From positions 32,001 through 96,000 of IMG/VR virus record IMGVR_UViG_3300017991_000003: DNA of 64,000 bases; one strand, 5' to 3'. Below are positions 63,815 to 64,000 of the stretch, piece by piece. The DNA comes from a virus. A program made the position numbers and the translations under genes. Under the pieces are notes generated by a model. It did not search any database and had not been told where the DNA came from. It saw nothing but the letters and a program-made list of their open reading frames with translations. Numbering within the stretch: the first letter of the stretch is position 1; each line of letters begins with the position of its first letter.

Positions 63815-64000
63815 CTCCGTGGTTTGAGGAAGTAGCGGGAGGTCCGCCTGGTGAAAGGCCTGGAAGATCGCCGAGGCGACGGTCTTCAGACGGCTTTCGA
63901 AGATCAGGTGGTCCGGGTGAGACATCTCCCCAGCGGGCGGGAGCTCTTTGAACAGCCGGTCGATGATGGCTACGAGCAGGTCGTTAGCGTCGGCCTGGCT
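63815..64000 (-). CDS. Hypothetical protein, 5-prime part outside window
   Basis: Reverse-complement frame open from the window edge to TGA at 63815-63817 (...LPQTTE*); GC3-rich codons. Confidence 0.5.

Noticed and set aside
1-64000. Prophage boundaries, integrase and attachment sites
   Set aside because: No integrase, terminase or portal was recognised in the window, so integration status and genome ends cannot be called from this sequence

Overview
High-GC window that reads as part of a large tailed-phage or prophage genome organised in four transcription blocks. (1) A plus-strand virion-structural block (2-10985). (2) A long minus-strand replication/recombination/early block (11175-41574) with a sigma-70 family factor, RuvC-like resolvase, thymidylate kinase, RecA-like recombinase, SF2 and UvrD-like helicases, family A DNA polymerase, a candidate SSB and a DnaG-like primase, plus about 25 small, often Cys-rich ORFs. 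(3) A plus-strand tail-fibre block (41633-48127). (4) A second minus-strand block (48209-64000) with a DHH phosphoesterase, a lysozyme-like lysis pair and a DnaB-like helicase. The most unusual locus is at the far end of block 4: a translationally coupled operon encoding a retron-type reverse transcriptase, two unknown proteins, a JAMM/JAB metallopeptidase, an E1-like adenylyltransferase and a beta-grasp (ubiquitin-like) protein, flanked by a 1.36-kb gene-free, hairpin-dense region containing a 31-bp perfect inverted repeat. No rRNA, tRNA, CRISPR array, integrase or terminase was recognised. All functional calls come from motif recognition by eye on the supplied translations; no database search was run, and many start codons are uncertain because the ORF track extends to the furthest upstream ATG/GTG.
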